Shown here: positions 19,395 through 29,140 of the stretch, piece by piece | Position numbering within the stretch: position 1 is the stretch's first letter | Layout: each line of letters starts with the position of its first letter | Virus record (IMG/VR): IMGVR_UViG_3300006620_000007 | From: a virus | Taxonomy: Duplodnaviria > Caudoviricetes | Strand: one strand, 5' to 3' | Length of the DNA stretch: 64,000 nt | Program-made: the position numbers and the translations under genes | The notes under the pieces: model-generated | Seen by the model: only the letters and a program-made list of their open reading frames with translations | Database searches by the model: none | What the model was told of the DNA's origin: nothing

Positions 19395-19892
19395 CTATTT
19401 ATCCATGTTCTTGAGTTTTTCTAACAAACTATTACGGTCTGTAACTACATATCCTTCGCCTGAAACAACACCATCTGGTGTATCTCCACCGTCTTTGTCC
19501 TGTTTTTCCTTCTTAAGTTGTAGTTCTACCATCTTAAGTTTCTTATCTAATTTTGCAACCTTAGCGTCAAGGTTAGTTTTAAGCATATTACCTGCTACTT
19601 CAAAAACCCTACCACTATATCTGCTTTCAACGTTCATACCCAAGTCCATTAAATCTTCATATGCGTTCATAGACTTTTCAGCAACTTCATTAAGTTCCTT
19701 ATCAGCCATTTCGCCTAAGCCTTTTACTTGAGGTAATGCCGCACTAATTTTATCCAACTCAGCAATACTGCGTTGAGTTTCTTCATGCTCTACAATAGCA
19801 TGTTTCTTTTCTGCTTTAGCAGACTGTTCCTTGTCTTTCTGAACAATCTCTTTGCTGTCTGGCATATTAAGTAATTCTTCTAATTTCTTCAT
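19395..19892 (-). CDS. gp16: Probable terminase small subunit
   Basis: Helical; LMDLGMNVESRYSGRVFEVAGNMLK resembles the gp16 E.PRAYEV..QL.K motif; C-terminal DRNSLL. Confidence 0.6.
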   Translation of the reverse strand: MKKLEELLNMPDSKEIVQKDKEQSAKAEKKHAIVEHEETQRSIAELDKISAALPQVKGLGEMADKELNEVAEKSMNAYEDLMDLGMNVESRYSGRVFEVAGNMLKTNLDAKVAKLDKKLKMVELQLKKEKQDKDGGDTPDGVVSGEGYVVTDRNSLLEKLKNMDK

Positions 19893-19922
19893 ATTTTGGA
19901 TTCCATTAAATGCTACTATTAT

Positions 19923-20363
19923 TTAGCCTTTGCGTTGACCAGAGTGGAACATATCCTTCTCTGTAACGACCCTAAAAAAGATGCCTTTATCCTTGCACCA
20001 TGCCCTTGCGGCCTGCCATTTAGCCATGTTTAGTGCAACAGCCATTTGCTTTTGTTTATTTCTGCCTGCACTTTCCATAGTTGTTTGATTGTCTGGCTTA
20101 ACTTCTATAACTTCTGCACGTTGTTTGCCATTCTTATCCATGTAACTAATAAAGAAGTCTGGTACATACACTGTTGCTTTTCCTGTGAAAGGATTTACAT
20201 AAGGTATCTTTACTGCTTCACTTGCCCACTTGGCAACATTAGGATTTTCATCGCAGAATTTCATAAATGCAAATTCCCAACTTGATCTATATAATGGTGT
20301 TTTGCGACCGATATACTTGTCTGGAAACTTTAAGTTGTAACGTCCTTGGGCGTACTTGGCCAT
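19923..20363 (-). CDS. gp4: Head completion nuclease (gp4-like, TnsA fold)
   Basis: KYIG...YRSSWE..FM.FCD, WASE..IPY, YVPDF, IEVKP, KW.AA..WC, F.VVTE. Confidence 0.92.
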   Translation of the reverse strand: MAKYAQGRYNLKFPDKYIGRKTPLYRSSWEFAFMKFCDENPNVAKWASEAVKIPYVNPFTGKATVYVPDFFISYMDKNGKQRAEVIEVKPDNQTTMESAGRNKQKQMAVALNMAKWQAARAWCKDKGIFFRVVTEKDMFHSGQRKG

Positions 20364-20364
20364 G

Positions 20365-20730
20365 TTACACTCCTATGTTTCGTGCTTCAGTCCTGTTTTG
20401 TATGTCAACTACTCTGTAACCTAATGTACTAATTTTTTCTCTGTTATAGTTTAGCACTTCTGTTACAACACTACTCAACTGAACACTGTCTGTTTTCTTT
20501 AGAGTATCAAGTAATTCAAAAACATTTACGTCATCAAGTTTTGCTTGTTGTAACATTACTGTTCCCACAGCAATGGCAGAAGTTTTTTCAAATCCTCTGC
20601 TTGTAAAAAATCCTATTACAGCATCAACTTGGTTAGTAGGAAAATTAATAAAGTCAGTAAAATACTGATTGTAAAATCTCTTTACATCATTTGAACTATC
20701 TTCTTTTACTACTTTAGGTAGGTTGCTCAT
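20365..20730 (-). CDS. Hypothetical protein (tail/baseplate region)
   Basis: 121-aa ORF coupled between the tube-like gene and gp4. Confidence 0.6.
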   Translation of the reverse strand: MSNLPKVVKEDSSNDVKRFYNQYFTDFINFPTNQVDAVIGFFTSRGFEKTSAIAVGTVMLQQAKLDDVNVFELLDTLKKTDSVQLSSVVTEVLNYNREKISTLGYRVVDIQNRTEARNIGV

Positions 20731-20731
20731 T

Positions 20732-22096
20732 TTATGTCCTTACAATGTTAGGCAAGTCAGCAAGAGTCTTGCTATTTGCCGCTTCTTTATATGCCGCACT
20801 TGCACTGTCCCATGCGGCGTTAATGGCATTTACACTTGCATCACCACCTGCGGCTAAATGATCTTTTTTATGTGTTGTTGATTTAGATAAGTCTGCTAAC
20901 TTGTCTGGATTGTCTATAAGTTCTTGTGTAACATCTGCAAGGCTTGTACTTTGTACTGCTTTTTGTATTGCCGCCACAGCACTTACACCAGCAACTGCCG
21001 TTGCAACATCTTTTAGTGAACCACTGCCACTACCTTTAGGAAAAAATGTATTTGCAACACCACCAACATTTATACCACCTACATCTCCAATGGCACCTTT
21101 AATAATTCCAAAGCCTTCTTGTCTAATTCCGTCTTTAGATAAATCCTTAACATTTCTTGCAGTGTTGGCCGCTTTTAAAACTGTACCTAACAATGCCCCT
21201 GGTGACTTAAATGCATCGCCTGATGTAATATCTCCAAACACATCTGCCGCACCTGATGCAACACCACCAACACCAAATAGACTTGATGTTCCGCCACCAC
21301 CTAATGAAAGTGGACTTGGTGTTTTATCATAATGTTCAGTTGCAAATCCTTTTGGTGCTGTACCTTCTGACACTGCACCTCTTGTGTACCATACTGTTTC
21401 AAATTGAACACTCATTGTACTTTGTGCAACACCGGCACCATCTGTTTGATCCATTGTGTCATGTTGCCAACTATTAATAATAGGATTGACAAGTGTAAAT
21501 GCAGTATAACGTTTACGTGACATTTGATATACAATAATGCTATCAAAGAAAGGATCTATACTATCGTTATCAAATCCATATCTATATTTTGACTGTATAG
21601 AGTTTGCATCAGCAAAAGTATTTGCTCTGTTGTATGCAGAAGCAGTTGTGTTAGGACTTCCTGCTGTATCAGTCGATGCATAGTTTCCATCTTTAAAATA
21701 ATATCTGTAGTATGCTTCCCACATTGCAGTTGTAAGACCGTAGTTGTCATCGTGGAAAGTAAAATTACAAGGACTATAGTCTATGCGTTTTTGTAAAATT
21801 CTTTTTCTATTGTATTGATGTTTTACTTCTGTAGTAACATCAAACTTAGGCAAGTCAACACTCTTAACTAACATATTAATAGTGTTACTATGTTTCTCTG
21901 ATAATTGTGGAATAATTGAAGAAGCCTTTCTATTAATGTTGAATGCAACATGATAAAGAAACTTGCTCTTAGGTGCATACTTAAATGCATCATCTACATA
22001 TAATCTTGAAGCATGTTGATAGTCTGCAAGATTACCTTTTGGACTTAATGCTCCAGATACTAAATTGTCAAGAAATGGGGTTAACTTATTTGCCAT
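20732..22096 (-). CDS. Tail-tube-fold protein with C-terminal extension (gp54/gp48-like tube initiator)
   Basis: VKSVDLPKF...YNRK...YSPCNFTFHDD...FTLVNPII.SW.HD.MD...MSVQFE, a gp19-like pattern. Confidence 0.6.
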   Translation of the reverse strand: MANKLTPFLDNLVSGALSPKGNLADYQHASRLYVDDAFKYAPKSKFLYHVAFNINRKASSIIPQLSEKHSNTINMLVKSVDLPKFDVTTEVKHQYNRKRILQKRIDYSPCNFTFHDDNYGLTTAMWEAYYRYYFKDGNYASTDTAGSPNTTASAYNRANTFADANSIQSKYRYGFDNDSIDPFFDSIIVYQMSRKRYTAFTLVNPIINSWQHDTMDQTDGAGVAQSTMSVQFETVWYTRGAVSEGTAPKGFATEHYDKTPSPLSLGGGGTSSLFGVGGVASGAADVFGDITSGDAFKSPGALLGTVLKAANTARNVKDLSKDGIRQEGFGIIKGAIGDVGGINVGGVANTFFPKGSGSGSLKDVATAVAGVSAVAAIQKAVQSTSLADVTQELIDNPDKLADLSKSTTHKKDHLAAGGDASVNAINAAWDSASAAYKEAANSKTLADLPNIVRT

Positions 22097-22101
22097 ACTA
22101 A

Positions 22102-22107
22102 TATTTA
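22102..22107 (-). promoter_or_regulatory. T4-late-like promoter TAAATA, 5 nt before ATG
   Basis: Minus strand AGA-TAAATA-TTAGT-ATG. Confidence 0.7.
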
Positions 22108-22135
22108 TCTAAAAAATAAAGTGGGTATAGAATAA

Positions 22136-22158
22136 AAAAGGCGCACTCGGCGCCTTTT
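22136..22158 (-). terminator. Rho-independent terminator after tail tube
   Basis: AAAAGGCGC-actcg-GCGCCTTTT hairpin with U-tract on the minus strand. Confidence 0.8.
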
Positions 22159-22188
22159 CTACGTTTATTTTAAAACTCTTAAACTTGA

Positions 22189-22818
22189 TTATACTGCGCC
22201 ACCGCCAGTAACAAGTGTGTTGATAGTTCTGCCTACAGCAGTACCAATACCTGTTCCTTGTGGTGTTTGTATCGCATTATCGTATCTAATACTTAATGCA
22301 ACACTAACTACTTCTGATGTCGCGTATGCTAATTGGTTGTAGTTTGCACTTTCTAAATAACAACCGTATAACTCAAATGTTTCAAGCACATTAACTGTGT
22401 TTGCACCGTTACCACCATCTAAAATTTCAATACGTGTAACGAATTTGTAGTCCGCGCCTGATGCCGCACCTGATTGTTCAAAGAAATCAAACTGTTTCTG
22501 CAACTGCTCGCCAACAAGTTTCTGTACGTTGTTACTAACGTCTTCACGTAAGTTCAATGTAATTGGTTCCCAAGTATGTTTTCCTGCAAGGAATACTTTT
22601 GAGTTGTATACATCAAGTGTAATCTGTTCAAAAGTTACGTTAGGTCTACTTACATCGACAACCTGTTTAGTTAACTCTGTAGTTGGTGTTGACACTCCAA
22701 AATTTTCCAGTGACACCCTGAAGCGGTACTGCAATTTTGGCATTAACAAACCTTGTGAACCTGCACTCGCGTTGCTGTCCAAAGGTACTGTTAGTCTTGA
22801 AAGTGATGAAATTGCCAT
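22189..22818 (-). CDS. gp19: Tail tube protein
   Basis: PKLQYRFRV, RPNVTF, AGKHTWEPITL, FELYGC, LSIRYDNA; directly downstream of sheath. Confidence 0.88.
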   Translation of the reverse strand: MAISSLSRLTVPLDSNASAGSQGLLMPKLQYRFRVSLENFGVSTPTTELTKQVVDVSRPNVTFEQITLDVYNSKVFLAGKHTWEPITLNLREDVSNNVQKLVGEQLQKQFDFFEQSGAASGADYKFVTRIEILDGGNGANTVNVLETFELYGCYLESANYNQLAYATSEVVSVALSIRYDNAIQTPQGTGIGTAVGRTINTLVTGGGAV

Positions 22819-22849
22819 TTATTTGCTCCTATTACTTTTATTTATCATA

Positions 22850-25800
22850 TTATAGGCCCGCTATTTCTCCAGTGTTTTTAAGTCTCAATGGAATGTAAAT
22901 AAACTCCACTGCCTTCACTGGTTCAATTGCAATGTCTACATAAAGTTCGTTTCTATCAATTCTTGATGGAGTGTTGTTACTTTCGTCACACACTACTAAG
23001 AAATCATATAACGCTCTTTGTCCTACAAGCTCAAGCATTAAACTATCTGCTTGTTGTTTGATCTCGTCTCTTGTGATCTTATCGTTAGGCTCAAAAATGT
23101 AAGGCTTAGCAAGTTTGTTTAACTGTCCACGTAAGTAAATTACTAAACGTGCAACGTTAATTCTATCTAAAGAACTTGCATTTTTCGCTCTTGTCTTTTG
23201 ACCAAAGTTAACAAGACCTGCACCAGTTAAGAATGTTACTGGGTTAACCTTGTTGCTGTACAATGTATCTCTTTGACCTTCGTTAAGAGCAACTGTTTTA
23301 AACTCGCCTTCATTATCAATAAAGCCTGCACTTGAAGCGTTAGTAATTCCACCACGTCTTGTTCCTGCTGGAGCAAACCATGGGTAACTAACCTGATCAC
23401 TTAATGCAATAGTTCTAAGTATACCATGTGATGCTGGAACAACTACGTTGTTACCGCTGTTATCACTTGTGAATAAACTTGGATAAAACACACCTAAGTA
23501 TTCGTCACTTGTTACTAATCCATTATCGTTATCTTCAACAGCACCGTTAACGTTTGTTGCCCAGTTGTTAATTCCTGTGGCATCACTTGCTAATCTCATT
23601 GGAGAGTCACCAACAACAAATGCTGTTAAGCCTCTGTCATTGTTCAATGTAACCATTTCACCAATTAGTTCTGGATAACCAGGTGTTGCTAATAAGTTAA
23701 AGATTCTTGATTCGTTATCTCTAATGTCTTGGTTGCTGTTCATCATTGCCTGTAATGCTTGTACAACAACTTTACGCTGTGCCTTACGACCGAATGTACC
23801 TGAACCATCTGCTTGGTTAGCACTTTCAGTTACCCATCTGTGTGGATAGTAAGCCGCCATTGACTCGTCGCCAGTACGTGCATTATCTTCTGCAAGATCG
23901 ATTGCGTTACGTACAAATTTCTTAACGTTAAATCCAGAACGTCTTAAGTTCCATAACAACATACCTTTTGGATATAGTGCTGGATCTGGAGCATCTGGGT
24001 CTAAGTAGTTACTTGCCGCTAAATCTGCAATAGTACCTGCTGATCCGCTGTTAACACCTGAAGTGTTATAACGTGCATCTGCAAACAACACACCATTCTC
24101 TGTAGTCTGGTCTGTGCTATCTCTTAATACCCATTTCAATGTAGTTCCATTGTATTGGTAAATTACTGGATAGTTTTCTAAGTCTGCTGTACTAACCCAA
24201 AGGTCGCCATTTACAAGTGCTGAACCATCTGATTGTGTAGTTGGTTCTGTTGCACTAACAATTGGACCATTTGGTGAACTGTTTGGATATCCTGAAGCAC
24301 TGTCTTGGTAACCTACCCAAGTAGTACCGTTGTGTAACATAATATCAACTTCGTCAACTACTGAGTTGTACCATAATTGACCATCAAGTGCTAATGCACT
24401 CGGTGCATCATCGCCTGCTGTGTATGATAGTACTTGCCAGTTTGAAGCCATATACTGCTTAGGATTAGTTCCACTGTCTGTTCCTGGTACATAGTATAAG
24501 TTTGCTGTACCTGTGTTTGCATCAACATAAGGAGTAAATCCTGCTAATGTTAATCCACCATCTGTATCAACAATTCTAATTTCTCCACCATCGTTGTGTT
24601 CAATAACAATTCTGTTTGAAGCGTCTACACTTGCTACAATGTTAGTAAATCCAGCACTGTTAATGTTTCCTGCAATTTCTTCAGCGTCTGCCGCCGCGCC
24701 TGTTGCATTAACACTCACTGTTACTGCCGCACTCATTGTTGCTGAGTTTGTAGTTGACTCACTCATTGTAAATGTGTAAGTACCGCTTGAAACTTGATCT
24801 GCGATAATTGCTGATGTAATCTTAGTAGATCCAGTAGCAACTCTTTTAAAGATTTTAAAGTCATACTCAACATCTGCTGATTCAGTAACGTTTGTTTGTG
24901 CATAGTAAGTATCAACTGAAAGGTTTACACCTCCGCCTGTTGAATCTAAGTTTTTCAATGCTGTTGCGTTATCTGCATATAATGGAACACTCTTGTTGTC
25001 CCATAGTTCAGTAGTTCCATTCCACTCTTTAACAGAAAGTTTAGCACCTAAGTTTGCGTCAGTAGTTTTAAACCACACACTTCCGCTTGGTCTTGGTGTT
25101 GTGTCTGTTGATTTGTATTCTGGAACACCAGTGTGAGGTGCTATTTCTAATTTAGGTGCATTGTAAGTTCCTGCCGTTAAACCTAATTCAGCCGCTAAAC
25201 CTGTACCGTCTGCAATTACAAGAGCAACACCAGTTGAGAAAATGTTCAATCTGCTGTTTACTGCACTTGCTGTTACGCCTGCGATACCTGCACCATTAAT
25301 ATCACTAACAACATCTGCTAATGCTGTGCCTGATGCTGTAATTGTGTTACTATTAATAGTTAAAGTCTTACCACCTGTTACAGTTGGATTGCTTGTTGAC
25401 GCAACTGCTGATGGCCAACTTGCCTGCCATGCGTCAGTTCCAACTTTAACCCAAGTACCACTTGTGTTTTTGTAGTACGTTTTGTTAATTGTAGTTGTTG
25501 CCACTGTTGCATAGTCACCAATTTTACCAACTGATGCTAAAGGAATACCAGTTGCTTGTCCGCCTACTAATTTAGTTGCGTCTGTAATTACTGTTGGTGT
25601 TTTTAATGTAAATGTTTGACCACCTGTTGCTGTAGCAGGATTGCCATTCCATTCAAAAATGCCCATTCTACTAATTTGCGTATCAAACCAGTAAGTTCCA
25701 TCAGCCGGATCAGCCGCTGGTGCAGTAGCAGTTGCTTGAAGTTCATTCAAGTCAATGTCTGCTCTTACAACAAAAGCTCTGTTGGAAACTCCTAAGTATG

Positions 25801-26098
25801 AGTAAGCCGCTTGTAGTCCATATTCATTAATTTCTGATCCATGAATTGGATTGTTGTTGTTATCTGTATAAAACAAAGGATCTCCGAAAGTTTCGGATAA
25901 ATCTCTTTGTGATGTAAGCAAGAACGGAACTCCAGCGTTTGCTTTCGTTGTTCCCCTTGCTGTACCTGTGCCACTTGCGTTCGCTTTGTCTTGCGCCGTA
26001 GCAACAAAAATCATTGGGGTAGTGCCTGGTTCAGCAGGTGTATAGAAACTTTCATCTATAACGCTGACCTGTACTCCGGGTGATACTAAGTTTGCCAT
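22850..26098 (-). CDS. gp18: Tail sheath protein with large central insertion
   Basis: LVSPGVQVSVIDES, FGDP, EYGL, PWFAPAG..RG, RDTLY..KVNP, GQKT, LDRINVARL, FEPND, VVCDESNNTP..IDRNEL; ATG 26098 has an AGGAG SD. Confidence 0.95.
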   Translation of the reverse strand: MANLVSPGVQVSVIDESFYTPAEPGTTPMIFVATAQDKANASGTGTARGTTKANAGVPFLLTSQRDLSETFGDPLFYTDNNNNPIHGSEINEYGLQAAYSYLGVSNRAFVVRADIDLNELQATATAPAADPADGTYWFDTQISRMGIFEWNGNPATATGGQTFTLKTPTVITDATKLVGGQATGIPLASVGKIGDYATVATTTINKTYYKNTSGTWVKVGTDAWQASWPSAVASTSNPTVTGGKTLTINSNTITASGTALADVVSDINGAGIAGVTASAVNSRLNIFSTGVALVIADGTGLAAELGLTAGTYNAPKLEIAPHTGVPEYKSTDTTPRPSGSVWFKTTDANLGAKLSVKEWNGTTELWDNKSVPLYADNATALKNLDSTGGGVNLSVDTYYAQTNVTESADVEYDFKIFKRVATGSTKITSAIIADQVSSGTYTFTMSESTTNSATMSAAVTVSVNATGAAADAEEIAGNINSAGFTNIVASVDASNRIVIEHNDGGEIRIVDTDGGLTLAGFTPYVDANTGTANLYYVPGTDSGTNPKQYMASNWQVLSYTAGDDAPSALALDGQLWYNSVVDEVDIMLHNGTTWVGYQDSASGYPNSSPNGPIVSATEPTTQSDGSALVNGDLWVSTADLENYPVIYQYNGTTLKWVLRDSTDQTTENGVLFADARYNTSGVNSGSAGTIADLAASNYLDPDAPDPALYPKGMLLWNLRRSGFNVKKFVRNAIDLAEDNARTGDESMAAYYPHRWVTESANQADGSGTFGRKAQRKVVVQALQAMMNSNQDIRDNESRIFNLLATPGYPELIGEMVTLNNDRGLTAFVVGDSPMRLASDATGINNWATNVNGAVEDNDNGLVTSDEYLGVFYPSLFTSDNSGNNVVVPASHGILRTIALSDQVSYPWFAPAGTRRGGITNASSAGFIDNEGEFKTVALNEGQRDTLYSNKVNPVTFLTGAGLVNFGQKTRAKNASSLDRINVARLVIYLRGQLNKLAKPYIFEPNDKITRDEIKQQADSLMLELVGQRALYDFLVVCDESNNTPSRIDRNELYVDIAIEPVKAVEFIYIPLRLKNTGEIAGL

Positions 26099-26192
26099 AT
26101 TTGTTCTCCTGTTGAACTTATTATATGTATTTAGCAACGTAGACGTAAAAGTATGCTAAACAACGTGTCAAAAAGGGCATCAAAAGGGTAGG

Positions 26193-26198
26193 TAAATA
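26193..26198 (+). promoter_or_regulatory. T4-late-like promoter TAAATA, 5 nt before ATG; divergent from the sheath promoter
   Basis: GG-TAAATA-CTAAC-ATG. Confidence 0.7.
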
Positions 26199-26203
26199 CT
26201 AAC

Positions 26204-26542
26204 ATGAGACCTTTATGCAAATGCGGTAAAAGACCTGTTGCTGTTAACTACAGAAAAGGCAACAAGACTTTTTATAGAACCAAGTGTGATGTATGTATTC
26301 GTAACAAGGGTAAAGAACTGGGTGAACCTAAGTGGTACCAATCAGGTTATAGGCAAAAAACACATTGTGAGAAGTGTAACTTTAAAGCCACGTTTAGAGA
26401 ACAAATGAGAGTGTTTCACATAGACGGTGATCTAAACAACAATCGTCCAAGTAATATGAAAACTATCTGTGCTAACTGCCAGATTGCTATACAGAGAGAA
26501 GGTTCCCGCTGGAAACAAGGTGATCTTGAACCTGATTTTTAA
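26204..26542 (+). CDS. Zn-finger / HNH-like protein
   Basis: CKC, CDVC, CEKC, FHIDGDLNNN.PSN..TICANCQ. Confidence 0.75.
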   Translation: MRPLCKCGKRPVAVNYRKGNKTFYRTKCDVCIRNKGKELGEPKWYQSGYRQKTHCEKCNFKATFREQMRVFHIDGDLNNNRPSNMKTICANCQIAIQREGSRWKQGDLEPDF

Positions 26543-27098
26543 GATCTAACAACGTACCGTTATTATCAATAGTGTGTGTAAACTTTGTGTGTGCCCATGC
26601 CCATTCAGATGCATGTACATCTTTGGGTTCAACACCAACATCTTGATATATTCTAAACCAAATAGGATCTTGCCCACGTTTTACACGCCAAACTTGTCCA
26701 CCAACTTCATATAGCATTTTTGCTTCATTTGGAAAACGTACATCTGGAATAACAAAGTGTGTATTAGGATTATCAATAATATGCTTTTTAGTAAGGCTTA
26801 CCCAGATACCATCATAAAAGCCTTCACGCATACATTCTGTACCAAATTCTTGTAGTACAAGTCTTGGAGTAATTTCTCTACCAGTTTCTTGTGACCAATA
26901 ACTGTCTACTTGCTCACGCCATGCTCTTGATTTGTCAGTTTTACCATCAAGCAGTTCTCTATCCCAACTGAACATTGTTGCTACTGCATCTTTAAGTTTG
27001 TCAGCAAATGATATTTTTACAAAGTTATGGTTATCTATTAGATTTTGAGCGACTGTGTCTTTACCAGATCCGATTAATCCGCAAATGCCTATTAGCAC
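26487..27098 (-). CDS. Deoxynucleoside monophosphate kinase (T4 gp1-like)
   Basis: IGICGLIGSGKDT, SFADKLKD, TPRLVLQEFGTE, IPDVRFPNE, HASE. Confidence 0.92.
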   Translation of the reverse strand: MLIGICGLIGSGKDTVAQNLIDNHNFVKISFADKLKDAVATMFSWDRELLDGKTDKSRAWREQVDSYWSQETGREITPRLVLQEFGTECMREGFYDGIWVSLTKKHIIDNPNTHFVIPDVRFPNEAKMLYEVGGQVWRVKRGQDPIWFRIYQDVGVEPKDVHASEWAWAHTKFTHTIDNNGTLLDLKNQVQDHLVSSGNLLSV

Positions 27099-27133
27099 AA
27101 AGAATACTCCTCTATAAGTTTAATTTAAGTTAT

Positions 27134-27162
27134 AGTATAGTATAAATTTATGCTTTTGTCAA
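27134..27162 (-). promoter_or_regulatory. Sigma70-type early promoter for dNMP kinase
   Basis: TTGACA-17 nt-TATACT on the minus strand. Confidence 0.8.
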
Positions 27163-27169
27163 GTACTTT

Positions 27170-27928
27170 TTAACCAATACTGAAACCGTAGCCTTGACCG
27201 CCTGCAACTTGTAATTTTAGATCTTCTTCAAGTTTTTCCATTTCGGCTTGTGCTTCTGCTTTGAGAGCGTCACCATTAAGTGTTGATCCGCCCTGTGGAC
27301 CTGCGATTGTGGCAAACTTACTTCTTGCTTCTCCAAGCATAAACTTACATTTAGCAAGTGTATAATCTTTGATCCACTGCTTTGCAAGATAGTCTGTAAG
27401 TATTTGGAAGTCTGGTCTGTAGTTATATGCTTGTAACAAAACTTGTTCGCCTGTTCTTGGTCTTTGTAGAACAGTTAATTTCTTAGTTGCAGTGTTCCAA
27501 GTAAATTCAATAAATGAACCAAACATTCTTCCTACAAGTTCTTGGTAACCAGCAAATAAATTGTATGTTGCTAAACCACCCATGTTAGAACTTGCTAACA
27601 GGTAAGTGTTTGTATATGCTAAATTGAATGGTTCAAATAATGTTCCACCATCACCGCCACCTGTTCTTGATCCAATTGAACGTCTAAACATCTGTCTAAC
27701 TTCTACTACTTCATCTGGTAGTATATATTCATTTTGGTCGAGCACTAACTCAAGAAACATATATGACTCTTCAACAGAATTATCACTTCTTTGACGGAAT
27801 TTGTCAAATGATGCTCTAATTGCTATTTCGTAATGTTCTGGATCAAGTTCAACATCAATCATGCCTCCGCCAAGCATAGCGTTTACATAATCGAATACTT
27901 CTTGTTTTGCTGTTGTTATATTGGCCAT
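27170..27928 (-). CDS. gp13: Neck protein gp13-like
   Basis: LGG..IDVEL, YILPDEVVEV, WIKDYTLA..K..LG..RSKF..I.GP.GG..LNG. Confidence 0.85.
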   Translation of the reverse strand: MANITTAKQEVFDYVNAMLGGGMIDVELDPEHYEIAIRASFDKFRQRSDNSVEESYMFLELVLDQNEYILPDEVVEVRQMFRRSIGSRTGGGDGGTLFEPFNLAYTNTYLLASSNMGGLATYNLFAGYQELVGRMFGSFIEFTWNTATKKLTVLQRPRTGEQVLLQAYNYRPDFQILTDYLAKQWIKDYTLAKCKFMLGEARSKFATIAGPQGGSTLNGDALKAEAQAEMEKLEEDLKLQVAGGQGYGFSIG

Positions 27929-27976
27929 AATCTTTCGTCTCCATTAGTATTTATGCGTTCGATAAATACAAGTACT

Positions 27977-29140
27977 ATGCCGAGAATAAGTTTATATAAA
28001 CCCGAGAAGGGCAAAGACTACGATTTCCTTGATAAGACTATTACAGAGATGTTTACAGTCGGGGGAACCGACGTTTTTGTACACAAATACTTAGGTCCTA
28101 AGAATCCTGATGAAGCAGATGCTACACCTTCTGCTCCAAGATATGATGCTGTAAAAGAAACTAATATTCAAGACATGCTTTTCATGGAAAACCGTGATAG
28201 AAAGTATGATCCAGATATTTACGTTTTGCGTGGGATCTACAATGTACAAGATGTTGACTTTGATATGAGTCAGTTTGGTTTATTCTTAACCAACGACACA
28301 TTGTTTATGACTATTCCAATCAACTATAGTGTAAAAACACTTGGTAGAAAAATTATGCCAGGTGACGTATTTGAAATGCCACACTTAAAAGATGAACATG
28401 CATTAAATGATTACCAAGTAGCACTAAAACGTTTCTATGTAGTTGAAGATGTAAACAGAGCGGCAGAAGGATTTTCACAAAGTTGGTATCCACACTTGTA
28501 CAGAGTCAAGATGAAGCAAATTGTTGACTCACAAGAGTTCAAGGATATACTTGATTTACCAACAGAAGAAGGTAGTTCACAAACATTACGTGATGTACTT
28601 TCTACATACGATAAAGAAATGCAAATTAACGATGCTATTCTTAATCAAGCAGAAGCAGACTCACCAGAATCTGGTTATGATACAACTTCATTATACACGT
28701 TACAAACAGATGCACAAGGTAAACCAGAACTTGTAACTGCCGACGAAGCAACAATTGATGCAAGTGTTAATGCAGGAAACTTAGATGCAAGTAGAGTAAA
28801 TCAAACACCAGACAGAGAAGGTTACAGTGGTTACTTACTTGGTGATGGTATTCCACCAAATGGAGAAGCATTTGGTCATGGTATAGGTTTCCCAACAAAC
28901 ACAGTTAAAGGTGATTACTTTTTAAGGACTGATCTTATGCCAAACAGATTGTTTAGATTTGACGGACAACGTTGGGTCAAAATGGAAGATAAAGTACGTA
29001 TGACATTATCTAACAAAGATAATAGAAATACACACAAAACTGGATTCATTAATAATACTAATTCAGGTAGCATTGGTGGAGAAACAGTAAAAGAAAGACA
29101 AAGTTTAAGTAAAGCAATGAGACCTAAGGCAGATAATTAA
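27977..29140 (+). CDS. gp14: Neck protein gp14-like (head closure) with C-terminal extension
   Basis: Divergent from gp13; GGTDVFVHKY, SQFGLF, MPGDVFEMPH, FYVVEDV; start MPRISL after a TAAATA box. Confidence 0.65.
   Translation: MPRISLYKPEKGKDYDFLDKTITEMFTVGGTDVFVHKYLGPKNPDEADATPSAPRYDAVKETNIQDMLFMENRDRKYDPDIYVLRGIYNVQDVDFDMSQFGLFLTNDTLFMTIPINYSVKTLGRKIMPGDVFEMPHLKDEHALNDYQVALKRFYVVEDVNRAAEGFSQSWYPHLYRVKMKQIVDSQEFKDILDLPTEEGSSQTLRDVLSTYDKEMQINDAILNQAEADSPESGYDTTSLYTLQTDAQGKPELVTADEATIDASVNAGNLDASRVNQTPDREGYSGYLLGDGIPPNGEAFGHGIGFPTNTVKGDYFLRTDLMPNRLFRFDGQRWVKMEDKVRMTLSNKDNRNTHKTGFINNTNSGSIGGETVKERQSLSKAMRPKADN

Noticed and set aside
26099-26137. Upstream extension of the sheath ORF (similar cases for terminase 17485-17502 and for 486-518)
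   Set aside because: The extensions run through the promoter or SD; the downstream ATGs fit conserved N-termini or promoter spacing.
26168-26190. Short direct repeat CAAAA(A)GGG between divergent late promoters
   Set aside because: Only two short imperfect copies and not noticed elsewhere; cannot be distinguished from chance.
27833-27976. 48-codon N-terminal extension of gp14 in the ORF track
   Set aside because: It overlaps gp13 on the opposite strand and spans the divergent promoters; ATG 27977 after TAAATA is the better start.
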